This document shows positions 18,484 through 27,679 of a stretch of 64,000 nt of DNA, piece after piece. The notes below the pieces were generated by a model. That model searched no databases, was not told the origin of the DNA, and saw only the letters and a program-made list of their open reading frames with translations. How positions within the stretch are numbered: position 1 is the stretch's first letter; every line of letters starts with the position of its first letter. This stretch comes from Clostridia bacterium (lineage in GTDB: Bacteria; Bacillota; Clostridia; Oscillospirales; CAG-272): positions 5,558-69,557 of the forward strand of contig JAFTIH010000037.1 of the NCBI GenBank assembly GCA_017456985.1, given 5' to 3'. The translations under genes and the position numbers were made by a program.

Positions 18484-19800
18484 ATGGTAAAAATTACAAG
18501 CGTAGAGCAGGGCTCCCCCGCAGAACGCCACGGCATTCGCGCCGCCGACGCCCTTCTTTCCATCAACGGGCATCCCATTTCGGACGTGCTTGACTATCGG
18601 TTTTATCTGACCGAGCGGCGCGTAAAGCTCCTTTTGGAGGATGCAAACGGCAAAACCCGCACCGTTTTGATCAAAAAAGGCGAGTACGAGGACGTCGGAC
18701 TTTGCTTTGAAACGCCCTTAATGGATTGTAAGCATACCTGCCGAAACAAGTGCATCTTCTGCTTTATCGACCAGATGCCGAAGGGTTATCGTGACACGCT
18801 CTACTTCAAGGACGACGACTCCCGCCTTTCCTTTTTGCAGGGAAGCTACGTAACGCTCACCAATATGTTCGATGAGGACATCGAGCGCATCATCAAAATG
18901 CGCCTTTCTCCTCTGCACGTTTCGGTGCATACCACCAACCCCGCGCTACGCGTAAGCATGCTCAAAAACCCGCGCTCGGGGGAGGTTCTTTCTTATCTTC
19001 CGCGCCTTGCCGAGGCGGGCATCGCCATCTGTGCGCAGATCGTGCTTTGCCGCGGTGTGAACGACGGGGAAGAGCTGGTCCGCACCCTGACGGACCTCGA
19101 AGCGCTCTATCCCGCGCTTGACAGCGTTTCCGTCGTCCCCGCAGGGCTGACGCGCTTTCGCGAGGGACTGTATCCCCTCGAGCCCTTCACGCCCGAGGAA
19201 TGTGCCGCCATCATCCGCACCGTGGACGGGTTTGCCGAACGCTGTAAGGAAAAGTACGGGGTGTATTTGTTCCACTGTGCGGACGAGCTTTATCTCAAAG
19301 CGGGGCTGCCGCTTCCCCCCGAGGAACGGTATGACGGCTATCCGCAGTTTGAAAACGGCGTGGGAATGCTCCGCTCCTTTACGGAGGATTTCCACTTCGC
19401 GCTTTCCGCGTCCGAGGTGTCGGCTCTTGATACCCCCCGCCGCCTGACCGTCGCAACGGGATGGGCGGCATACCCCACGCTCTCGGCACTTGCCAAAGAA
19501 GCGATGGCGAAATACCCTGCGCTCACCGTCCGCACGCTGGCGATCGAAAACACCTTTTTCGGGGAAGAGATCACCGTTGCGGGACTTTTGACGGGACACG
19601 ACTATCTGCGCGCCTTGTCTGACGAGGATCTTGGTGATGCGCTTCTTATCTCCCGCACCTCGCTGCGCGCCGAGGGTGACCTCTTTTTGTGCGGCAGATC
19701 CTTGTCCGAGCTGCAAGATGCGCTCGGTGTACCCGTATATGCCGTAGAAAACGACGGTGCGGCATTTCTTGACGCCTTGCTTGGCAAGGGAAAGGAGTAA
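18484..19800 (+). CDS. PDZ domain + DUF512 radical-SAM-like protein
   Basis: N-terminal PDZ-like segment (ITSVEQGSPAERHGIRAADALLSINGHPI) and the Cys motif CRNKCIFCF. The conserved position immediately upstream of der is typical of DUF512 genes in Clostridia. Confidence 0.75.
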   Translation: MVKITSVEQGSPAERHGIRAADALLSINGHPISDVLDYRFYLTERRVKLLLEDANGKTRTVLIKKGEYEDVGLCFETPLMDCKHTCRNKCIFCFIDQMPKGYRDTLYFKDDDSRLSFLQGSYVTLTNMFDEDIERIIKMRLSPLHVSVHTTNPALRVSMLKNPRSGEVLSYLPRLAEAGIAICAQIVLCRGVNDGEELVRTLTDLEALYPALDSVSVVPAGLTRFREGLYPLEPFTPEECAAIIRTVDGFAERCKEKYGVYLFHCADELYLKAGLPLPPEERYDGYPQFENGVGMLRSFTEDFHFALSASEVSALDTPRRLTVATGWAAYPTLSALAKEAMAKYPALTVRTLAIENTFFGEEITVAGLLTGHDYLRALSDEDLGDALLISRTSLRAEGDLFLCGRSLSELQDALGVPVYAVENDGAAFLDALLGKGKE

Positions 19801-19803
19801 ATT

Positions 19804-21132
19804 ATGGCTAGATCCGTGGTTGCGATCGTTGGACGCCCCAACGTTGGCAAAAGCACGCTTTTCAATAAGCTGATCGGCGAGCGCCGCAGCATCGTGGAGG
19901 ACGTCCCGGGCGTCACGCGCGACCGTATTTACGGCGAGTGTGAGTGGCGCGGTCGGCGCTTCCTCGTGATCGATACGGGCGGTATCGAGCCCCAAAGCAA
20001 CGACGTCATTCTTTCGCAAATGCGCGACCAGGCGCAGATCGCGATCGACACGGCGGACGTCATCATCTTTATGTGCGACATCCGTGCAGGACTTCTTGCG
20101 GACGACCGCGACATCGCCGTGATGCTCAAAAAAAGCGGAAAGCCCATCGTGCTTGCCGTCAACAAGGCGGATCGCGTGGGCGATCTTCCGTATGAGTTTT
20201 ACGAGTTCTACGAGCTCGGCTTTGAAAACGAGCCCATCGCCCTTTCCTCGCTTCACGGAAGCGGAAGCGGTGACGTGCTCGACGCGGTAATGGAAGCCCT
20301 TCCGCCCGAGGCGGAGGAGGCAACCGACGAGGACGTGATCAACGTCGCCGTCATCGGCAAGCCCAACGCGGGCAAGTCCTCCATCATCAACAAAATGCTG
20401 GGCGCCAACCGCCTGATCGTATCGAATATCGCAGGCACCACGCGCGACGCGGTAGATACCTTGCTCGAAAACGAATACGGCAAATTCAACCTCATCGACA
20501 CGGCGGGCATCCGCCGCTCCTCGAAAATCGAGGACCGCATCGAAAAATTCAGCGTGCTCCGTGCCAAAATGGCGGTGGAGCGTGCGGACGTGTGCCTTAT
20601 TATGATCGACGCCGTAGAGGGCATCACCGAGCAGGATGAAAAGATCGCGGGCATCGCCCACGAGGCGGGAAAAGCCTCTATCGTCGTCGTCAACAAATGG
20701 GACGCCGTGGAAAAGGACAACTCCACCACGAACGAGTACACCAAGAAGATCACCACCGCGCTCTCGTATATGAGCTACGCACCGCTCGTTTTCGTTTCGG
20801 CGCTCACGGGTCAGCGTCTAAAAAACATCTTCGAGCAGATCACCTACGTGCACAATCAGTCGAAAACGCGCATCTCCACGGGTATGCTCAACGAGCTGCT
20901 GAACGCCGCAATGGAGAAGTGCCAGCCTCCCTCCGACCGAGGAAAGCGCCTGAAGATCTACTACGTCACGCAGTCCTCCGTCGCCCCTCCCACCTTCGTT
21001 TTCTTCTGCAACAGCATCGAGCTGTTCCATTTTTCGTATCAGCGATACCTTGAAAACTGCTTCCGCGAGACCTTCGGCTTCCGTGGAACGCCCATCCGTA
21101 TCGTCATCAAGCAACGCGGCGACAAGGAATAA
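19804..21132 (+). CDS. der: Ribosome-associated GTPase Der/EngA
   Basis: Two G domains (GRPNVGKST...DTGG; GKPNAGKSS...DTAG) and a KH-like C-terminus. Confidence 0.96.
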   Translation: MARSVVAIVGRPNVGKSTLFNKLIGERRSIVEDVPGVTRDRIYGECEWRGRRFLVIDTGGIEPQSNDVILSQMRDQAQIAIDTADVIIFMCDIRAGLLADDRDIAVMLKKSGKPIVLAVNKADRVGDLPYEFYEFYELGFENEPIALSSLHGSGSGDVLDAVMEALPPEAEEATDEDVINVAVIGKPNAGKSSIINKMLGANRLIVSNIAGTTRDAVDTLLENEYGKFNLIDTAGIRRSSKIEDRIEKFSVLRAKMAVERADVCLIMIDAVEGITEQDEKIAGIAHEAGKASIVVVNKWDAVEKDNSTTNEYTKKITTALSYMSYAPLVFVSALTGQRLKNIFEQITYVHNQSKTRISTGMLNELLNAAMEKCQPPSDRGKRLKIYYVTQSSVAPPTFVFFCNSIELFHFSYQRYLENCFRETFGFRGTPIRIVIKQRGDKE

Positions 21133-21179
21133 CGCCGCAAGGCGCGCCGAGCGCTCGGCGCAAGGAAAGGAAAAAAGCG

Positions 21180-22466
21180 ATGTTTATTGATCGCGTAACC
21201 ATTAACATCAAGGCGGGAGACGGCGGCAACGGCGCCATTTCCTTCCACCGTGAAAAATACGTCGCCGCGGGCGGTCCCGACGGTGGCGACGGCGGCAGAG
21301 GCGGTAACGTCGTCTTCCGCGTGGACGAGGGTGCAAACACGCTCCTCGCCTTCCGCTACAAGCGGAAATTCCACGCCACGCCGGGTGAAAACGGCAAGGG
21401 CAACAAGATGCACGGCAAAAACGGCGAGGACGTCGTCGTGCTCGTTCCCCCGGGAACTCTGCTCAAGGACCCCGCGACGGGCAAGATCATCTTCGATATG
21501 TCCCGCGATCGTGAATATATCGCCGCCAAGGGCGGCAGAGGCGGCTGGGGCAACCGCCATTTTGCCACGCCCACGAGGCAGATCCCCCGCTTTGCCAAAA
21601 ACGGCACCAAGGGAGAAGAGATGGAGATCCTTCTCGAGCTTAAAATGCTCGCGGACGTGGGACTCGTCGGCTTCCCGAGCGTGGGGAAATCCTCTATTCT
21701 CTCGCGCATTTCCGCCGCAAAGCCCAAGATCGCGGCGTACCACTTTACCACCCTGTCCCCCAATCTCGGCGTCGTGTCGGCATCGGGCGGTCGCGGCTTC
21801 GTCGCCGCCGATATTCCCGGGCTCATCGAGGGCGCGTCCGAGGGGCTTGGACTCGGGCACGAGTTCTTGCGCCACGTGGATCGCTGTCGGCTCATCCTTC
21901 ACGTCGTTGACATTTCGGCGGAGGAGGGAAGAGACCCCATCGAGGATGTCAAGACCATCAACGAGGAGCTTGCCAAATACAGCCCAGCGCTGGCTACCCG
22001 TCCCCAGCTCATCGTCGCCAATAAGTGCGACGCCGTGCTGATCGAGGAGGAGCCCTACGTGAAGGACTTTGAAGCGTACGTCTTGGAAAACTTCGGTACG
22101 GCGCCCTACTACGTTTCCGCCGCTACGGGTGAGGGACTTGACGCGCTCGTTGCCGCGACCGCCGAAAAGCTCGAGGAGCTTCCCCCCATCACCGTTTATG
22201 AAAGCGAGCTTGAGCGGGAAGAGAGCGCGACGCTCGGCGCGGGTGAGCGCAAGACCGAGATCCGCCGCGAGGGCGACATCTTCTACGTCGAGGGCGAGTG
22301 GATCTACAACCTGATGGGACAGATCAATTTCAGCGACTACGAGTCGATGAATTTCTTCCAGCGTATCCTGCAAAAGCAGGGCGTCTTCGATATGCTCAAG
22401 GCGGCGGGGATCGAGGACGGGCAAACCGTCAATCTCTACGACTTTGAGTTTGAATTCGTCTACTGA
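21180..22466 (+). CDS. obg: GTPase Obg/CgtA
   Basis: MFIDRVTINIKAGDGGNGAISFHREK...GGPDGGDGGRGG Obg fold, G domain (GFPSVGKSS, DIPGLIEGA, NKCD) and a C-terminal OCT/TGS-like domain. Confidence 0.96.
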   Translation: MFIDRVTINIKAGDGGNGAISFHREKYVAAGGPDGGDGGRGGNVVFRVDEGANTLLAFRYKRKFHATPGENGKGNKMHGKNGEDVVVLVPPGTLLKDPATGKIIFDMSRDREYIAAKGGRGGWGNRHFATPTRQIPRFAKNGTKGEEMEILLELKMLADVGLVGFPSVGKSSILSRISAAKPKIAAYHFTTLSPNLGVVSASGGRGFVAADIPGLIEGASEGLGLGHEFLRHVDRCRLILHVVDISAEEGRDPIEDVKTINEELAKYSPALATRPQLIVANKCDAVLIEEEPYVKDFEAYVLENFGTAPYYVSAATGEGLDALVAATAEKLEELPPITVYESELEREESATLGAGERKTEIRREGDIFYVEGEWIYNLMGQINFSDYESMNFFQRILQKQGVFDMLKAAGIEDGQTVNLYDFEFEFVY

Positions 22467-22520
22467 TTTTCGGAACAATTTTTCGCTTATTATTTTATTA
22501 TATAATGTAGGAGAAACGTT

Positions 22521-23828
22521 ATGAAACCCATTTCCTTCGATCCCAAAAGCGACCTTACCTTTGCCGTGCTCAGCGACCTGCATATGACGCATCGCGGTGA
22601 GGGACTTCAAAAGCTTTACCAGCATCTCGATCTGTATTCCCGAGCCGTCGGGCGCCTTGACGCGCACCTCTTTACGGGCGACATTGTGTATCAGATCAAC
22701 GTCTCGGGCGGCGGCACCTACGATAGGGTCCACGAGGCGCCCTACGTTTATCTTGATATGGCAATCGAAAAATACGCCAAGGATATTCCCGTGATCTATG
22801 TAAACGGTAACCACGAGTTCCCCCAGCATAACCCCGATCCCACCCTTCACGCCGAATCGCGCGCGATGATGGAAAAACACGGGTATCCCCTCCGCCAGCA
22901 CACCGAGATCCGCGGCTATCATTTCATCACGATCCCTCTTTGGAGTTATCAGGAGGAGATCCGTCCCGAGGACGAGGCGTGGGCAATGACCGAGATCCGC
23001 CGCGCCCTGCGCGCGTCGGGCGATAAGCCTGTTTTCGTCGCATACCACGTGCCGATCGACGGTACCGTCGTCGGTGCAACGCAGCAGCGCTTCAGCGATA
23101 AATTCCGCGCGTTTCTGCTCTCCTCGCGCCGCATTATCAATATCTGCGGTCACCTGCATACGGCGATCGAGCATCCCCTCAGTATCTGGCAGAAGGCGGG
23201 CGGCGCCACCGTCGTTCACGCGCCGATGTCGGGCGTTGGCAACGTCAACGTAAAGGGCTCGGTCGGCAACGTGCTCAGCGTCTATCAGTCCCGTTCCTTT
23301 TTCGTCGAGGTCACGGGAACGAAGGTCCTTTTCCATAAGGTCGACAACCTCACCGAAAGCGAGATCGGCGAGCCTTGGGTCGTTGACGTGGCAGGAAAGC
23401 AGTACTATACCGAGATCCGCAAAACGCGTGCGAAGAAGCCCGCCTTTGAAAAAGGCGTCAAGGTGGACGCGATGCAGGCTCCCGGCGGCGTGTTCTTCCG
23501 TTTTCCCAAGGCAAAGTGCGAGCTGACCGAGGGCAACGACGACCGTGAGGTTCCCGAATACCGCTTCACCTTTACGAAGAAGGGGAAAACGACTCCTGCT
23601 CTCACGCTTACGAAACCGAGCGATTTTTACGCCTCCTACCCGGGTGACACCTTTGAGGCGATCGTTCCCGCAAAGCTCCCTGCAGGCATCTACACCGTTG
23701 CCATCACCCCCGTTTCCTTCTTTGGAAAAGAGGGAAAAGCCGTCAGCGTCCGCGTAAAGCTGGGAGACTACGTCCCCGCCATCCGCGACGCCGAGAAGCG
23801 CGGCTTCGATGCATTCTGGCTGGTTTGA
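22521..23828 (+). CDS. Calcineurin-like metallophosphoesterase with extra C-terminal domain
   Basis: Motifs LSDLHM, GDIVY, NGNHEF and GHLH. No signal peptide is evident. Function unknown. Confidence 0.7.
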   Translation: MKPISFDPKSDLTFAVLSDLHMTHRGEGLQKLYQHLDLYSRAVGRLDAHLFTGDIVYQINVSGGGTYDRVHEAPYVYLDMAIEKYAKDIPVIYVNGNHEFPQHNPDPTLHAESRAMMEKHGYPLRQHTEIRGYHFITIPLWSYQEEIRPEDEAWAMTEIRRALRASGDKPVFVAYHVPIDGTVVGATQQRFSDKFRAFLLSSRRIINICGHLHTAIEHPLSIWQKAGGATVVHAPMSGVGNVNVKGSVGNVLSVYQSRSFFVEVTGTKVLFHKVDNLTESEIGEPWVVDVAGKQYYTEIRKTRAKKPAFEKGVKVDAMQAPGGVFFRFPKAKCELTEGNDDREVPEYRFTFTKKGKTTPALTLTKPSDFYASYPGDTFEAIVPAKLPAGIYTVAITPVSFFGKEGKAVSVRVKLGDYVPAIRDAEKRGFDAFWLV

Positions 23829-23871
23829 GCCCCAAAACGCCTTGTGAAATTGTAACAAAACTGTAAATATT

Positions 23872-23905
23872 AAGAAGTGCCGACTTGCGCGGCGCTTCTT
23901 TTTTT
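23872..23905 (+). terminator. Rho-independent terminator
   Basis: GAAGTGCCG-acttgcg-CGGCGCTTC followed by T7. Confidence 0.6.
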
Positions 23906-23968
23906 GCGCTTCACGAAAAAACAGGGGAATAAAAAGCACGAATTGTGCACTTTTTTTCCGAAAAACTC

Positions 23969-23997
23969 TTGCTTTTGTTTTCAAAATGTATTATAAT
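23969..23997 (+). promoter_or_regulatory. Sigma-A type promoter upstream of ackA / BMC gene string
   Basis: TTGCTT (23969-23974), 17 nt spacer, TATAAT (23992-23997). About 90 nt GC-rich leader follows. Confidence 0.5.
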
Positions 23998-24086
23998 AAG
24001 ATAGATTAAAAAGGGCGCCCATACTCGCGCACGCGCGCAAGTCTCTCGGCGCGGTGAAAAACGCCCGTTTTTGGAGGAAGGTCACA

Positions 24087-25289
24087 ATGAAAATTCTGGT
24101 CATCAACGCCGGAAGCTCCTCTCTCAAATACCAGCTGATCGATATGGACACCGACACGGTTCTTGCCAAGGGTGTCTGCGAGCGCATCGGTATCGAGGGT
24201 AGCTCCGTCACGCACAAGCGTCCCGCACAAGAAAAGTATTTTGAGCAGACGCCCATCGCCAACCACGACGAGGCTCTCGCTCTGGTTATGAAGCTTCTGA
24301 CGAGCGCCGAGGTGGGTGTCGTTTCCTCGGTTGACGAGATCGACGCCATCGGTCACCGTGCCGCACACGGCGGTACTGAGCTTTCGGGTGCCGTCGTCGT
24401 CACGGACGAGGTCTTGAAGTATCTCGAAAGCATCGTCGAGCTCAACCCCCTGCACGGTCCTCCCGCTATCGCGGGTATGAAGGCGTCTATGGCGGCAATG
24501 CCCGGCAAGACCAACGTCGTCCTTCCCGATACGGCGTACTACTCCACGATGCCCCCCGCATCCTACGTTTACCCCATCCCCTACGAGTATTACGAAAAGC
24601 ATCAGGTGCGTCGCTACGGCTTCCACGGTACCTCCCACCGCTACGTGTGCGGTAAGGTCGCCGAGGTGTTAGGCAAGCCCCTGTCCGAGCTTAAGATCAT
24701 CACCTGCCACATCGGCTCGGGCTCCTCGATCACCGCAACCAAGTACGGCAAGGCGGTAGATACTTCGATGGGCTTCACGCCCCAGGACGGCGTTCCTATG
24801 GGTACCCGCTCGGGCGCGATCGACCCCACCATCCCCACCTACTTAATGAAGGCGTTCGGCTACACCCCCGAAGAGGTTGAGGATATCCTCAACAACAAGT
24901 CGGGACTCCTCGGCGTTTCGGGACTTTCGAGCGACTGCCTCAAGGTGCTCATCGCCGCATCCGAGGGCAACGAGCGTTGCGCACTCGCGATGGACATCCT
25001 TTACCACAACATCAAGAAGATCATCGGCTCCTACATCGCTGAAATGAACGGCGTGGATGCCATCGTCTTCACCGCAGGCATCGGTGAGAACGATAAGATC
25101 GTTCGCGAGAACATTTGCCGCGATATGCAGTGGCTGGGCATCGAGATGGACAAGGCTGCCAACGATGGCTCCGCGCGCGGCGAATTTGCCGACATTACCG
25201 CAGAGGGCTCCCGTGTGAAGCTTCTCGTCATCCCCACGGATGAAGAGCTGATGATCGCGAAGGAAACCGCCCGCCTTGCGGCAAACTAA
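24087..25289 (+). CDS. ackA: Acetate/propionate kinase (AckA/PduW family)
   Basis: MKILVINAGSSSLKYQL, HRYGFHGTSH and GIGEN motifs. GGAGGAAGG RBS. Only 51 nt upstream of the BMC aldolase gene. Confidence 0.93.
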   Translation: MKILVINAGSSSLKYQLIDMDTDTVLAKGVCERIGIEGSSVTHKRPAQEKYFEQTPIANHDEALALVMKLLTSAEVGVVSSVDEIDAIGHRAAHGGTELSGAVVVTDEVLKYLESIVELNPLHGPPAIAGMKASMAAMPGKTNVVLPDTAYYSTMPPASYVYPIPYEYYEKHQVRRYGFHGTSHRYVCGKVAEVLGKPLSELKIITCHIGSGSSITATKYGKAVDTSMGFTPQDGVPMGTRSGAIDPTIPTYLMKAFGYTPEEVEDILNNKSGLLGVSGLSSDCLKVLIAASEGNERCALAMDILYHNIKKIIGSYIAEMNGVDAIVFTAGIGENDKIVRENICRDMQWLGIEMDKAANDGSARGEFADITAEGSRVKLLVIPTDEELMIAKETARLAAN

Positions 25290-25340
25290 TTGTGTTCGCA
25301 AAAAAATAAATATAAAAAATCTTGAAAGGAAACACAAATC

Positions 25341-26150
25341 ATGGCTATGAATGCTTTCGAAATCAAGAAGCAAATCTGCGAAGTCGGCCACAAGCTCTAC
25401 GCGAAGGGCTTCGTTGCCGCAAACGACGGTAACATCTCCGTCAAGGTCAACGACAATGAGTTCTACTGCACTCCTACGGGCGTATCCAAGGGCGACCTGA
25501 CCCCCGATATGATCATCCGTATCGATGCAACGGGCAAGAAGATCGAGGGTAAGCTCAATCCTTCCTCCGAGATCAAGATGCACCTTCGTGTGTATCAGGA
25601 GCGCCCCGACGTGCGCGCCGTTGTTCACGCACATCCCCCCGTTGCCACCGCTTTCACCGTTGCAGGTGTTGAGCTTGACCAGTACATCCTTCCCGAGGCT
25701 GTCCTGACCATCGGTAACGTTCCTACCTGTGAGTACGGTACCCCCTCCACCATGGAGATCCCCGACTCTCTGATGCCCTTCATCCAGAAGCACGACGCAT
25801 TCCTGCTCAAGAACCACGGTGCTCTTACCGTTGGTAACACTCTGCAGAAGGCACAGTTCACGATGGAAGAGGTTGAGTTCAACGCAGTGATCTGCAAGCA
25901 CGCACGCGAGCTTGGCGGCGTTGAGGAGATCCCCTGCGAGCAGCTTGAGAAGCTTATGGAGCTCCGCAAGAAGATGCAGATCCCCGGCCGTCACCCCGGC
26001 TGCAAGACCTGTAAGAACCTCGGCACCGAAAACTGCCGTTGCAAGCACAACTGCGACAAGGGCGACAAGAAGGCAGCTGCTCCCGCAGCAGGCGACGCCG
26101 CTCTCGTAGCAGAGATCACCAAGAAAGTTATGGAGGCGCTTGGAAGATAA
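25341..26150 (+). CDS. Class II aldolase (L-fuculose/rhamnulose-1-phosphate aldolase-like) with Cys-rich linker and C-terminal encapsulation-peptide-like helix
   Basis: Class II aldolase/adducin motifs (GNISVKV, VVHAHPP, LLKNHGALTVG). C-terminal extension CKTCKNLGTENCRCKHNC...AALVAEITKKVMEALGR. Confidence 0.85.
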   Translation: MAMNAFEIKKQICEVGHKLYAKGFVAANDGNISVKVNDNEFYCTPTGVSKGDLTPDMIIRIDATGKKIEGKLNPSSEIKMHLRVYQERPDVRAVVHAHPPVATAFTVAGVELDQYILPEAVLTIGNVPTCEYGTPSTMEIPDSLMPFIQKHDAFLLKNHGALTVGNTLQKAQFTMEEVEFNAVICKHARELGGVEEIPCEQLEKLMELRKKMQIPGRHPGCKTCKNLGTENCRCKHNCDKGDKKAAAPAAGDAALVAEITKKVMEALGR

Positions 26151-26180
26151 TTCCGCGTTTTCGGAAAGGATAACAGCACT

Positions 26181-27641
26181 ATGGCCATCAATTGGACCGA
26201 AGCACAGATCGAACAGATCGTCAAGGCTGTGATCGAAAACGTCAGCGCAGCACCCAAGGCAAGCGCCACCGTCGCTTGGAGCTCCACCGCGTATGCGGGC
26301 AGAGAGCTTATCGGCGTGTATGAAAAGATGGAGGACGCCATTGCCGCGGCAGAGAACGGCTACCGTGCCGTTCGCGCGATGTCCGTGGCAAAGCGTGAAA
26401 AGCTCATCACCCGTATTCGTGAAATGATCCGCGAGGAGGCGCCCATTATGGCGGCGCTCGGCGTTGCGGAAACGAAGATGGGCAGAGTGGATCACAAAAC
26501 CGCCAAGCATCTTCTCGTCGCCGACAAGACCCCCGGTACGGAGGACATCACGCCCACCGTCCGCACGGGTGACGACGGATTAACGCTGACCGAGATGGCA
26601 CCCTTCGGTGTCGTCGGTGCGATCACGCCCTCCACCAACCCCAGCGAAACCGTGCTGTGCAACAGTATGGGTATGATCGCCGCAGGAAACGGCGTCGTGT
26701 TCAACCCCCACCCGGGTGCGATCGCGACCTCCAACTACGCCGTTGACCTCGTCAACCGCGCGTGCGCGGCTGAGGGCGGTCCCCGCGTTCTCGTTTCCTC
26801 CGTGGTAAAGCCTACGCTGGATACGGCGAAGATCATGTACGCACATCCTTCCATCCGCCTGCTCGTTTGCACGGGCGGCCCCGGCGTTGTGAAGGCAGTG
26901 CTTTCCTCGGGTAAAAAAGCAATCGGCGCAGGCGCAGGCAATCCCCCCGTTATCGTGGACGATACGGCGGACATCGCCAAGGCGGCAAAGGACATCATCG
27001 ACGGATGCACCTTTGACAACAACCTCCCCTGCATTGCCGAGAAGGAAGTTTTCGCTTTCGATAACATTGCCGACGAGCTGATCGCCGGAATGCTCAAAAA
27101 CGGTGCCTACAAGATCACGGCGGCGCAGGCAGACGAGCTTGCCAAGATCGTGCTTGTCGATACCAAAAATCCCAAGACGGGTATCATCAAGAAGACCGTA
27201 TCGCGCGATTGCGTGGGCAGAGATGCCGCCGTGCTTCTTGAAAAGATCGGCGTAAAGGTCGGTCCCGAGATCCGTTGTATCATCTGCGAGACCGATTTCG
27301 ATCACCTGTTCGTACAGGAAGAGCTGATGATGCCTATCCTCCCCATCGTTCGTGTACATAACATTGACGAAGCGATCGAGCTCGCCGTCAAAGCGGAGCA
27401 CGGCAACCGCCACACCGCGCATATGCACTCGAAGAACATCGATCACCTGTCCCGCTTTGCCAAGGCGGTGGAAACGACCATCTTCGTCAAGAACGCGCCC
27501 TCTTATGCGGGCATCGGCTTTGGCGGTGAGGGTCACGCCACCTTCACCATCGCAGGTCCTACGGGTGAGGGAATTACCTCGGCAAAGAGCTTTACGCGTC
27601 TGCGCCGTTGCGTAATGGCGGATAACTTCCGTATTATTTAA
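26181..27641 (+). CDS. pduP: CoA-acylating aldehyde dehydrogenase (PduP/EutE-like) with N-terminal encapsulation peptide
   Basis: ALDH fold with catalytic Cys region (NNLPCIAEKE) and GAGAGNPP. N-terminus INWTEAQIEQIVKAVIENV is an amphipathic helix. Confidence 0.88.
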   Translation: MAINWTEAQIEQIVKAVIENVSAAPKASATVAWSSTAYAGRELIGVYEKMEDAIAAAENGYRAVRAMSVAKREKLITRIREMIREEAPIMAALGVAETKMGRVDHKTAKHLLVADKTPGTEDITPTVRTGDDGLTLTEMAPFGVVGAITPSTNPSETVLCNSMGMIAAGNGVVFNPHPGAIATSNYAVDLVNRACAAEGGPRVLVSSVVKPTLDTAKIMYAHPSIRLLVCTGGPGVVKAVLSSGKKAIGAGAGNPPVIVDDTADIAKAAKDIIDGCTFDNNLPCIAEKEVFAFDNIADELIAGMLKNGAYKITAAQADELAKIVLVDTKNPKTGIIKKTVSRDCVGRDAAVLLEKIGVKVGPEIRCIICETDFDHLFVQEELMMPILPIVRVHNIDEAIELAVKAEHGNRHTAHMHSKNIDHLSRFAKAVETTIFVKNAPSYAGIGFGGEGHATFTIAGPTGEGITSAKSFTRLRRCVMADNFRII

Positions 27642-27679
27642 GGTTTTTAAAATATTATGATAGAAAGGAAGTCTATGAC

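Noticed and set aside
21039-23984. A very long antisense ORF (981 aa). Similar giants are at 7990..9699, 11315..12757, 18946..20661, 24843..26510, 27647..29497, 51038..52522, 55313..56749 and 58998..60470.
   Set aside because: Each lies opposite a gene with unmistakable conserved motifs (obg, ABC-F, uvrB, der, ackA/aldolase, ADH/BMC-H, BNR, Gfo, groEL). Their translations are low-complexity and Arg/Gly/Ala/Val-rich, with no recognisable motifs. This is the typical stop-poor shadow frame of GC-rich DNA.
23998-24086. The GC-rich ackA leader as a riboswitch or attenuator.
   Set aside because: It contains hairpins (ACTCGCGC-acgc-GCGCAAGT; GGGCG...CGCCC followed by GTTTTT), but I could not match it to any known riboswitch class, and the putative terminator stem is weak. 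Noted only.
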